A stretch of DNA of 64,000 nucleotides from Candidatus Eremiobacteria bacterium. GTDB taxonomy: Bacteria; Vulcanimicrobiota; Vulcanimicrobiia; Vulcanimicrobiales; Vulcanimicrobiaceae. The position numbers and the translations under genes are program-made. Positions within the stretch are counted from its first letter, which is position 1; every line of letters begins with the position of its first letter. Under the pieces are notes generated by a model. The model did no database searches, had not been told where the DNA came from, and saw only the letters and a list, made by a program, of their open reading frames with translations. Location of the stretch: positions 352,001 through 416,000 of the forward strand of contig CAVWUU010000001.1 of assembly GCA_963758295.1 (NCBI GenBank). The letters are read 5' to 3'. This document shows positions 55,730-64,000 of the stretch, piece after piece.

Positions 55730-56812
55730 TTACCGCCCGAGCTCCGTTCCAAGGGGAGCAAACCCGCCCGAGGTAAAGGACTGCGCCGCATGCGGCGTGC
55801 TCAAACGGATGCGGCGATTGCGATAGTCGACGTTGCGGATCGAAACTTCAACTTTTTCGCCAATTTCGTAATCGCTCGGATCCGCTTCGCGGTCGCCGAG
55901 CGTGCCGCTAACGCCCGGAGCGATTTCGATTGTAAGACGCGGTTCTTTTGCGACAACGGTTCCTTCGACGACGTTGCCCTGACGAAGCACGTCGGCGTGA
56001 TCGCGCCATGGATCGTCCAACGCGCCCTTGCGCGAAACAGCGATCTTCTTGCCGTTCTCATCGATGCGCAAAACGCGCACTTTTAGTTTGTCACCCGGAT
56101 GCACGACGTCGGAAGCCTTCTCAACGCGCTCGAAAGCCAGTTCGCCAAGGGGAATCAATGCATCGATGCCGCCGAGATCCACGAAGGCGCCGAAGTCCGC
56201 AAGCCGCACGACGGTAGCCTCACGTTCTTCGCCGACGCGAAGCGATTGGAGCAGTTGCGAACGCGCGCTTCGGCGTTCCTCTTCCATCGCGCGGCGGTGC
56301 GAAACGACGACGCGTTTGCGCTGTTCGTCCACGTCGATGATTTTCACCGGAATCGTCGTATTGACGAGAGTGTCGAGCGCCGTTCCTTTCGGAACGCGGA
56401 CGTGCGATGCAGGCAGAAATCCGCGGTAGCCGTCGATATCGAGCAGCGCGCCGCCTTTGACCGGCGACTTCACCGTGCCCGTGATCGTTTCGCCGGAATC
56501 TTTGGCCTTGACGAGCCGTTCCCACGCAGCCTGCGCTTTACGCCGGCCCTCGCTCAGTTCCGGCGTTTCCGGCTTCTCGGGCGTCTCCGCCTTTTCGGAC
56601 GTTTCCGCCTTCGCAGTCTCGGGCTCCGCCTCTCCGGTCGCGGTTACCGCCTTTGCGGTCTCGAACTCCGCCCCTTCGGTGGTCGGAGTTTCGGGGTCTG
56701 CGGGCGCGATTTCCGGCGGCGCCATTACCGCATCTTCGGCAGGCGCCTGGAGCGCCTCGTCAAGGGGCTGAGCGGGCTGCTGCGATTCGGGAGTCAGGCT
56801 ATCTTCGTTCAT
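55730..56812 (-). CDS. Ribosomal protein bS1-like protein with three S1 domains and an acidic N-terminal tail
   Basis: VKGGALLDIDGYRGFLPASH, VVVSHR, ADFGAFVDLGGIDALIP, IAVSRK, RIRLS. Confidence 0.85.
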   Translation of the reverse strand: MNEDSLTPESQQPAQPLDEALQAPAEDAVMAPPEIAPADPETPTTEGAEFETAKAVTATGEAEPETAKAETSEKAETPEKPETPELSEGRRKAQAAWERLVKAKDSGETITGTVKSPVKGGALLDIDGYRGFLPASHVRVPKGTALDTLVNTTIPVKIIDVDEQRKRVVVSHRRAMEEERRSARSQLLQSLRVGEEREATVVRLADFGAFVDLGGIDALIPLGELAFERVEKASDVVHPGDKLKVRVLRIDENGKKIAVSRKGALDDPWRDHADVLRQGNVVEGTVVAKEPRLTIEIAPGVSGTLGDREADPSDYEIGEKVEVSIRNVDYRNRRIRLSTPHAAQSFTSGGFAPLGTELGR

Positions 56813-57003
56813 GATTGGCGGCCCGAATATTCGTTTGCGGAACCACCGTCCCCTAGTTTTCCGACGAGCGCACCGCCGCAATTGGGACATTGAAAGCGCA
56901 TTGCCGCCGAGCATTCGGCGCAGAAGGTGCATTCGTGCGAGCACGCATACCCGGCCGCACGAGGCCCGAGCGGCGTCCCGCATTTCTCACATGACGCCTT
57001 CAT
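56809..57003 (-). CDS. DUF1272 Cys-rich zinc-finger protein
   Basis: CEKC, CSHECTFCAEC, CPNCGG; ATGA coupling to the S1 gene. Confidence 0.85.
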   Translation of the reverse strand: MKASCEKCGTPLGPRAAGYACSHECTFCAECSAAMRFQCPNCGGALVGKLGDGGSANEYSGRQS

Positions 57004-57016
57004 CAGCGATTTCTCC

Positions 57017-60000
57017 TTACAACGCTACGCGAGTTGAGATATCTGTTGCCCGATCCGCCGGAAGAAGAATGCCGGCTAGATTGAGCGGATCGTATGCACT
57101 TACAACGGGCAATGCTTCTTCATCGTTACTGCGACGCGAGGCGCGAAGCGCATCAACGGCTTCCGGAAGCGCGAACTGTTCGCCGACATACCCGCTCACG
57201 AAACGGCCTCCGCGAATCTCACCGCGCGACTCCATTCGCCGGAGCGAGAGCAGCAGTTCTCGCCAGCGAGGTGCCAGACTCTCTCGTTGCACGACGTCGC
57301 GAAATACGACGCCCCAACGATTCAGCAGCCGCCGCGCGAAGGCTTCAGGGTCGATCCGTTCCGTCGATGATTCAATGATCGTCCAGCGTCCGCCGGAAGA
57401 ACGTGGTCTCGCGCGCTGGCCTTTTTCGCCAAGGCGCCGTTTGGAATCGATCAACGAGCGCAGTGCATCGAAACCATCGGCGGTTACGAGTCCCGCCGCG
57501 ACCAGTTGCCACAACGCGTCTTCAACCTCGCTCGGTAAACGTCTGGTCCCGCGTACGATGTCGGCGAAGAATGGCGCGCCACGGCGCCCGATCTCTTCCA
57601 AAACTTCACGCGAGGCATGAGAAAGGCCGTTTGTGCCGCACTCGTCGCGCACGATCAATTCGTGGGCATTTTCCCTCGTGATGAGCGAAACCGGCGCGAG
57701 TTTCGTCGGACGGATTCGCCGCTCGCGTTCGTCTTCGGCATCAAGCGCCGGATGCGCGCTCAATCGGCCCCACATTACTTCGCCCGAATAACAGAGCTGA
57801 TCGAGATATTCGCGCCGGTAGCCCGCGACACGTGCCGGAAGAACTTGCGCTTCCCACGCCGCGGCGGGAATCTCATATCCTTCCAGCTGGCGAATGACGT
57901 GCAGCGTTCCTTCGACGCCGTGCAAACGGGCAAGCGGGGCCGCATGTTGCCAGCGATACAGAAAGCGGACGAACTGTGCGGACGTGACCGGTTCGATTTC
58001 CCGGCGCAAACGTCCGATCGTGCGGCGGTGAATGCGCGCCAGGACACGCCGGTTACACCACTCTTCTTCCGTGCCGCGATACCGTCCGCGAAGCAACTGG
58101 CCCTGACTCTCGAGTCGCAGCAACGCCGTATCGACGTCGTCGCCCGCGATGCCGAAACGCTCGCATAATTCAATGGAACTTACGGGGCCGCCGGATTCCA
58201 TCCAGCCGCGCAGCATTTCAGCGACCGCGTCTTCGCGCGATTCCGCCGCATTTAGCATCGGCGCTGCCTCTATCGCCGGTTCGAGGACGCCACTCGGGTA
58301 GATCAGTCTTGCCGCGCTCAAACGCTCGGCCGACGTCCAGAATTGAAGCCCGGGCAAAACCACCGTCGTTGCGCGCCGTTGCGAGACGAGCTCTTCAAAC
58401 CACGCGCGCCATTGCGCAACGGGCGGCAGGGCAACGAGTGTTGCCAATGCGTCGTGCAGCTCATCGGCGTTGCGGACGACGGGCCACGATTCCGCCGCGA
58501 CTTCGTCGATAATCGCCGCGTCGAGGATCCCGGCACCGTCGATGTCGTCGCGAATGGTGCGCCGGAGCTGCACCGCGCGTGCCCGCCGCTCTTCCAGCGG
58601 CGCGTCGTCGAGATACGCATACGGATTGGCGTTCAGAATTTCATGGCAGAACGGCGACGGCTCGGGTGTGTCGATCGCAACGGTGCGCAGTTCGCCCGCT
58701 TCCAGTTGCTGAAGGACCGCCGTGAGCCCGTCGAGGTCCATGGCTTCGCGCAAGCAGTTGTCGATCGTTTCGCGCACGAGCACGTGATCGGGGATGCGAA
58801 TCGGTCCGGAAAGGTTTTCGGCGCACGCCGCCTGATCGGGAAATACGGCGGCTATCAAATCGTCGGCGCGCATGCGTTGCAGTTGCGGAGCCACTTTCCG
58901 TCCGCCGCGCATGCGCATGATCGCAAGGGCTCGAGTGGCGTTCCAACGCCAACGCGCTCCGAACATGGGTGCTGCCAGCAAGGCTTGCTTCAGGACGTAT
59001 TCAACGCTCGCGGCCTTGACGTATTCGAAGACGATGTCCAACGGAAACGCGTGTTGCTCCGTCAACGACAGCACGATGCCGTTGTCCGTTGCGGCCGCTT
59101 GCAGCTCGACGTTGAAGGACCGGCAGAAACGTTTGCGCAGGGCGAGGCCCCATGCGCGATTGATGCGCGCGCCGAAGGGCGTATGCAGGATCAACTGCAT
59201 TCCGCCGCCTTCGTCAAAAAAGCGTTCGGCGACGAGCGTCTTACATGTCGGAACGACGCCAAGAACTTTTTTGCCGGCCCGTACGTATGCAATCGCCTGA
59301 TCTGCGCCCGCTTCATCTAAGCCGCACTCAGCCATCAAAAACTCCCGCGCGCTTCGATCGCTGCGTTCGTCGATTTCCATGCGGATTGCGCTTACCTCGC
59401 GCGAAAGTTCGATCGTGCGGCCGGGTCCTTCGCCGTTCCAAAACGGCACGGTCGGCGGCGCGCCGCTCGCATCTTCGACGCGCACGACGCCGGGTTCGAC
59501 GCGTTTTATTCGCCAAGACGTCGTGCCCAACATGAAAATATCGCCTGCGAGACTCTCGACGGCGAAGTCTTCGTCGAGGGTGCCCACGACGTGCCCGTCC
59601 GGTTCAGCGACGACGTTATAATTTGCCGTTTCGGGAATTGCGCCGCCCGACGTGATGGCGGCCATGCGAGCGCCGCGGCGTCCGCGCAAGCGGTTATTCA
59701 CGCGATCGTAATGCAAGAATGCGCCGCTGCGTCCGCGGGAGGTCGCAACGCCGTCCGCCAGCATCGTTAGCACGTCTTCGAAGTCTTTGTCGCTTAGCTC
59801 GCGATAGGGATAAGCCGTCTTCACCGTGGCGAGCAGCTCGGCCACTGCCCATTCGTCTGCACCGCATGCCGCGACGATTTGTTGCGCCAGAATATCGAGC
59901 GGCGCGACCGGAATCTTCAAGGCATCCATTGCGCCGTTGCGCATTCCATACACCAACGCGGCGCACTCGAGCAATTCGTCGCGCGTTGCCGGGAAAAGCC

Positions 60001-61111
60001 GCCCTTCCGGGCGAGCGCCGACCCAGTGGCCGGAGCGTCCAATGCGTTGCAGCGCGACGGCGATCGAACGCGGCGTGCCCATTTGCACCACCAAATCGAT
60101 GGACCCGATGTCTATCCCTAGCTCGAGCGACGCCGTAGCTACGACCGCTTTCAATTGGCCGGTCTTCAGGCGGTGTTCTGCATCGAATCGCAGTTCTTTT
60201 GAGAGGCTGCCGTGGTGTGGTAAGACCGTGCCTGGGCCGAGGCGCTCGGCAAGGGCGAATGCCACGCGTTCGCTCATGCGGCGGGTGCCGACGAAAATGA
60301 GAGTCGTGCGATTCTGCCTGATGAGTTCCGCGACGCGATCGTACGTTTCGCCCCACAGCTCGTTGCTTGCGACCGGCCCAAGTTCGTCTTTTGGTACTTC
60401 GACCGCGAGCGTCATTGCGCGCCGGCTGCCCACGTCGATGATCTTGGCTTGGGGGCTCAAGAATGCCGCGACATCTTCCAGGGGACGCACGGTCGCGGAA
60501 AGGCCGATTCTTTGCGGCTTGCGACCGGAGTGATCTTGCACCAATCGATCGAGACGCGCAAGCGTCAATGCGAGATGCGAACCGCGTTTATCGGCAGCCA
60601 TCGCGTGGATTTCGTCGACAATAATCGTCGTCACGTTATGGAAGAGCGCGCGTGATTTTTCGGCGGTGAGCAGAATAAACAGCGATTCCGGCGTGGTAAC
60701 CAACACGTGCGGCGGCGTACGCAACATCTTTTGACGCTCGCTTTGCGTCGTATCGCCGGTCCGTACGGCCGTTCGAATTTGCGGAAGTCCCAGGTTGCGC
60801 TCTTCGGCCAGCTGCATGATTTCGCCGACCGGAATTTGCAGATTTTTGCGTACGTCGTTCGTGAGCGCTTTCAACGGCGACACGTAGACGACGAGCGTTT
60901 CATCCGGCAAATCCGCTTGAAATGCGCGTCTGACGAGATCGTCAAGACAAATAGAAAACGCGGCGAGCGTTTTTCCGGAACCGGTCGGCGCCGAAACCAA
61001 AACGTCTTCGCCGTTGCGAATCACCGGCCAGCTCTGGAGCTGGGGCTCGGTCGGCGCGCCGTAGCGGGTAGCAAACCACTCGCCGAGCAGCGGGTGGAAT
61101 TGATCGATCAC
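57017..61111 (-). CDS. lhr: Lhr-type ATP-dependent SF2 helicase (long form)
   Basis: APTGSGKT, SPLKAL, TTPESL, DEIH, GLSAT, HHGSLS, SLELGIDIG, QRIGRSGH; C-terminal GEIRGGRFV...GEQFALP. Confidence 0.93.
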   Translation of the reverse strand: MIDQFHPLLGEWFATRYGAPTEPQLQSWPVIRNGEDVLVSAPTGSGKTLAAFSICLDDLVRRAFQADLPDETLVVYVSPLKALTNDVRKNLQIPVGEIMQLAEERNLGLPQIRTAVRTGDTTQSERQKMLRTPPHVLVTTPESLFILLTAEKSRALFHNVTTIIVDEIHAMAADKRGSHLALTLARLDRLVQDHSGRKPQRIGLSATVRPLEDVAAFLSPQAKIIDVGSRRAMTLAVEVPKDELGPVASNELWGETYDRVAELIRQNRTTLIFVGTRRMSERVAFALAERLGPGTVLPHHGSLSKELRFDAEHRLKTGQLKAVVATASLELGIDIGSIDLVVQMGTPRSIAVALQRIGRSGHWVGARPEGRLFPATRDELLECAALVYGMRNGAMDALKIPVAPLDILAQQIVAACGADEWAVAELLATVKTAYPYRELSDKDFEDVLTMLADGVATSRGRSGAFLHYDRVNNRLRGRRGARMAAITSGGAIPETANYNVVAEPDGHVVGTLDEDFAVESLAGDIFMLGTTSWRIKRVEPGVVRVEDASGAPPTVPFWNGEGPGRTIELSREVSAIRMEIDERSDRSAREFLMAECGLDEAGADQAIAYVRAGKKVLGVVPTCKTLVAERFFDEGGGMQLILHTPFGARINRAWGLALRKRFCRSFNVELQAAATDNGIVLSLTEQHAFPLDIVFEYVKAASVEYVLKQALLAAPMFGARWRWNATRALAIMRMRGGRKVAPQLQRMRADDLIAAVFPDQAACAENLSGPIRIPDHVLVRETIDNCLREAMDLDGLTAVLQQLEAGELRTVAIDTPEPSPFCHEILNANPYAYLDDAPLEERRARAVQLRRTIRDDIDGAGILDAAIIDEVAAESWPVVRNADELHDALATLVALPPVAQWRAWFEELVSQRRATTVVLPGLQFWTSAERLSAARLIYPSGVLEPAIEAAPMLNAAESREDAVAEMLRGWMESGGPVSSIELCERFGIAGDDVDTALLRLESQGQLLRGRYRGTEEEWCNRRVLARIHRRTIGRLRREIEPVTSAQFVRFLYRWQHAAPLARLHGVEGTLHVIRQLEGYEIPAAAWEAQVLPARVAGYRREYLDQLCYSGEVMWGRLSAHPALDAEDERERRIRPTKLAPVSLITRENAHELIVRDECGTNGLSHASREVLEEIGRRGAPFFADIVRGTRRLPSEVEDALWQLVAAGLVTADGFDALRSLIDSKRRLGEKGQRARPRSSGGRWTIIESSTERIDPEAFARRLLNRWGVVFRDVVQRESLAPRWRELLLSLRRMESRGEIRGGRFVSGYVGEQFALPEAVDALRASRRSNDEEALPVVSAYDPLNLAGILLPADRATDISTRVAL

Positions 61112-61118
61112 AGGCTGC

Positions 61119-61745
61119 TCATAACCCCGCGGCGCGCACGCGGGTTTCTTTATGCTCTTGCAAGACGGCAACGACGCGCTCAAGCCGCATTCCGCCCTTG
61201 GCGGACGTTCCGTCCAGCGTGTAATAATAGCCTTCCAACAGGTCGGCTTCGCGCAGTTCCAACACGCAAAAGCCCATGTGGTGCTTTGCGGTTGGGTCCA
61301 GGATCTCGGGCTGCGTTTCGTACTCGTATCGCAGCTCTTGATCTTCGATGCGTACGCCGGCGAGTTTGGAGCGCGTTACGCCATGCGCGGTTTTGCCGCG
61401 AACTTCGATGCCGGACCAAGTTTGCCGGATGCGCACGTCCACCGGAATCTCGCGCTGCTCCTGAGTTGCAGAGACGGCAAAGATCGTGCCGCTCCAAGAA
61501 CCGGAGAAATCGGGAATGGGACTGAAGCGGAAGCCGAGGACATTCGTCCGCCAAAGCCACCGATCGTAAGCGACGTTCGTGACTCCGAACCAGACCGCGA
61601 ACGAGGGAGCCGCGAGCCACCACGGCATCTCGAACGGAAGCACGTGTTCGGCCTGACGCGCAAGGTATGCGAGAATGACGGAAACTATGGCGAGCATGAT
61701 ATAAACGCCGCTGCGGCCTTGACCGTCGATCGAGTATTGCTCCAC
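61119..61745 (-). CDS. Cap15-like 2TM plus beta-barrel protein (SMODS-associating 2TM beta-strand-rich effector)
   Basis: Two TM segments, then YDRWLWR, PDFSGSWSG, IRQTW, LRYEY-P, HMG, LEGYYYT; start GTG 61745 or ATG 61766. Confidence 0.75.
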   Translation of the reverse strand: MEQYSIDGQGRSGVYIMLAIVSVILAYLARQAEHVLPFEMPWWLAAPSFAVWFGVTNVAYDRWLWRTNVLGFRFSPIPDFSGSWSGTIFAVSATQEQREIPVDVRIRQTWSGIEVRGKTAHGVTRSKLAGVRIEDQELRYEYETQPEILDPTAKHHMGFCVLELREADLLEGYYYTLDGTSAKGGMRLERVVAVLQEHKETRVRAAGL

Positions 61746-61848
61746 GCGTAGCGATGTTCCGCGCATAGCCCCGGGCGCGCCTTTCGGATAGCAAGCAGGC
61801 GCCAAGGGATCTTTGTAACTCTGCCGTTGAGTCGAGGTATCGCACGCC

Positions 61849-62418
61849 ATGGACGCCGCTTCCCAATACGCCCTCGCCTATGCGCTCACCACAAGCGCGG
61901 GCGTTCGGGCATTGGTGCCGCTCGTGGCGCTTTCGCTCGCGGCGCACTTCGGCTACCTGCATCCGCCTCAGCCGTTTGAGTGGCTAGGATCGACCGCCGT
62001 TACGATCGCCCTAGCCGCCGTCGCGATCGCGGAGCTCTTGGCCGACAAAATTCCACTCCTCGATCACTCGCTCCATTTCGTCCAGATTGCAACGAAGCCG
62101 GCGTCGGCCGCCATTCTCGTAGCCGGCGTTGCACATCCGCAAAGTCACCAGGTGCTTGTCGGTTTGATGATTCTCGGCGCACTGAATGCGCTCGGAATTC
62201 ATGCGTTGACGTCTTCGATTCGCCTCGGTTCAACCGCAATGACCGCCGGTATCGCGAATCCGTTTCTTAGCACCGGTGAAGACGTCGCATCTATCGGAAC
62301 GACAATCTTGGCTTTCGTCGCGCCTTTTTTGGCTGCCGCAATAGCGCTCGTGCTGGCGGTAATCGTCATTCGTTTGCTGCGTAAAACGTATCGCCGCGCT
62401 CGTGTCGGTGCGCGTTGA
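61849..62418 (+). CDS. DUF4126 family membrane protein
   Basis: SAGVRALVPL, ELLADKIP, ANPFLSTGED. Confidence 0.88.
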   Translation: MDAASQYALAYALTTSAGVRALVPLVALSLAAHFGYLHPPQPFEWLGSTAVTIALAAVAIAELLADKIPLLDHSLHFVQIATKPASAAILVAGVAHPQSHQVLVGLMILGALNALGIHALTSSIRLGSTAMTAGIANPFLSTGEDVASIGTTILAFVAPFLAAAIALVLAVIVIRLLRKTYRRARVGAR

Positions 62419-62528
62419 AACGGCAGGCCGCTTACTCGGCCGCCCCCTGGATTTACAGGAGTGCGCTGGAAGAAAATCTCGCTAGAATGGGTTGAGTTGC
62501 AGCAAACCAGCCAGCGGAGCCGTTCACG

Positions 62529-63917
62529 ATGAAGTTTTTACCCATTGTGATGACCGCGCTACTCTCAATATTGCTTTCCAGTTGTAGCCACTCGTCATCA
62601 ACCCCCGGACCTCTCCCCGCAACCGAAGACCAGCCCATGACGATCGACGCGCAGCAGCCTCTAAGTAGTAGGCTGAGCGCTGATGCCGTTACCAGCACGG
62701 CCGCGCGAATCGGCATAGCTCATATTTTCGACAACGGAATTACGACAACGCAGATCGCCGCCTATCCGAACCGCTATGACGTGGTTTGGGGATCGTTCAA
62801 CCCCGGCCCGTGGCGCGCCGCGAATCCGAGCGCGCTCGTGTCGCTCTATTACATCCTGGAAGAAGACAACGTCTCGTATTCCAAGCACACGCTAGCGTGG
62901 TGGCAGGCAAACCATCCCGACTGGATTCTCTATTCGTGCAGTGCGAGCGGGACCCCGTCGAAAGAAGTCGCGTACACGCCCGGCGTTGGCTTTGCCGACA
63001 TTCCGCTGGACATTCACAATCCGAGCGTCGTGGCGTACCAGCAAAAGACGAGCCTGATCCCGTACGTGCTCGCGCATGGTTATAACGCGATTGCGCTCGA
63101 TGAAGTCGTTCTTTCCAATATCATGCTCGGCGGTAATCCGCGGCTGGGCCAAAGCGTCATCTCCGGCTATTACGGCTGCGGCATTTGGCAAGGCACGAAG
63201 TTCGTCCGCCGCTACGCAAGCAAGACGGACCCCGCATGGACCGCCGACGTCGTCAATTGGGTGAAAACGCTTCATACGACGCTGAAGAGCGATGTGACGA
63301 TTGCGCCGCACCATTTGGCGCTTATCATCAATCACCCGGCTAACGGCGTGAACGCAAGCGAGGAAACGCTGCTCGCCAACACGGACGTGGATCTGAACGA
63401 GACCGGTTACTCCGATTACGGTTACTACACGCTAGCGAACCGGGCAAATTATTTCGGAATGACCGTCGCTTGGACCAACTACGCGCAAGCTCACGGTGTA
63501 CGGGTGATCACGACCGACAAGTTCACGACGACGGCGTCGATATCAACCTCGCAGCTCGACTTCGCGCTGGCGACCTATCTAATGTCCAACCAGGGCCTGT
63601 CGGATCTCGTCGTAGCCGGCAAAACCTACAGCGTGCAGCCGTACTACTCGCAGTTTGCGACGAGTCTCGGCACGGCATGCGCGCCGATGTACGGCGGCGC
63701 AAACTACGATAAAACGAACCCGCAGATTTACTATCGCCGGTTCAGCAACGGCATTGCGGTGGTGAACTCCGGATCTTTGCCTCGTACCAGCGAAGTCGCG
63801 CATCTGCCGACGAATCACGTCTATAAAGACGTTCTGGGCCGCGTCGTGTCCAACACTATGTCGGTTGCATCGAGCGATGCCTTTACCATGAAGACAACCG
63901 GCTCGGGATGCATTTAG
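62529..63917 (+). CDS. Lipoprotein with a putative glycoside-hydrolase-like TIM barrel (GHL15-like)
   Basis: Lipobox LLSSC; HPDWILY, GYNAIALDE, LATYL, YYRRFSNGIAVVN. Confidence 0.6.
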   Translation: MKFLPIVMTALLSILLSSCSHSSSTPGPLPATEDQPMTIDAQQPLSSRLSADAVTSTAARIGIAHIFDNGITTTQIAAYPNRYDVVWGSFNPGPWRAANPSALVSLYYILEEDNVSYSKHTLAWWQANHPDWILYSCSASGTPSKEVAYTPGVGFADIPLDIHNPSVVAYQQKTSLIPYVLAHGYNAIALDEVVLSNIMLGGNPRLGQSVISGYYGCGIWQGTKFVRRYASKTDPAWTADVVNWVKTLHTTLKSDVTIAPHHLALIINHPANGVNASEETLLANTDVDLNETGYSDYGYYTLANRANYFGMTVAWTNYAQAHGVRVITTDKFTTTASISTSQLDFALATYLMSNQGLSDLVVAGKTYSVQPYYSQFATSLGTACAPMYGGANYDKTNPQIYYRRFSNGIAVVNSGSLPRTSEVAHLPTNHVYKDVLGRVVSNTMSVASSDAFTMKTTGSGCI

Positions 63918-64000
63918 CGCAATCCTAAACAAGCGTGCGCGCCGCCATATCAACGAGCGTTGATGAGGCGGCCCGCATTGCCTAGGTCTTTAGGCTATTT

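Noticed and set aside
56557..56665. ETAKA/ETPEK degenerate repeats as a DNA repeat element
   Set aside because: These are low-complexity coding repeats in the acidic N-terminal tail of the S1-like protein
1..64000. Many long opposite-strand or alternate-frame ORFs in the track (e.g. 32282-33259 +, 34753-36111 +, 19415-20659 -, 37695-38810 -, 61180-61962 -)
   Set aside because: They shadow well-supported genes, are Arg/Ala/Ser-rich without motifs, and are expected in high-GC DNA
1..64000. CRISPR array, rRNA, tRNA, transposase, integrase or prophage
   Set aside because: No regularly spaced repeats, cloverleaf, rRNA signature or recombinase motifs were seen by eye; nearly all sequence is explained by CDSs

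Overview
GC-rich bacterial chromosomal window with about 55 genes. It combines diderm features (secretin, putative outer-membrane beta-barrel) with Bacillota/Actinomycetota-like modules (System II cytochrome c biogenesis, rsmI-metG-tatD order, ykuUV-like peroxiredoxin pair). That mix suggests Ca. Eremiobacterota/Vulcanimicrobiota, which is an inference only. Contents in order: ECF41 sigma factor with a candidate autoregulatory promoter; ccsA-resB-tatC-tatA-prenyltransferase-menG; PLD; tatD-GGDEF-metG-rsmI-ABC; a divergent Tad/Flp pilus locus with a CpaE-CpaF fusion; pepP and nadABC; MscS; a PDZ-TM-GAF sensor; an XRE operon with an unannotated 33-aa leader ORF and tandem operators; a peroxiredoxin pair; the candidate RiPP cluster described below; OPT transporter; CYTH-CHAD; HU with a basic tail; and a Cap15-like/Lhr/DUF1272/S1 operon. 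The best candidate for a new system is a compact thioamide-RiPP-like cluster (42497-45641): a single-chain TfuA-YcaO fusion, a SAM methyltransferase and a 92-aa Nif11/NHLP-like precursor, flanked by an AAA-LuxR regulator. The second is a CBASS Cap15-like effector with no cyclase in the window, placed 7 bp upstream of an Lhr helicase. Three genes have single-base frameshifts, probably assembly errors. No rRNA, tRNA, CRISPR array or transposase was recognised. All family calls come from reading motifs by eye, not from database searches.
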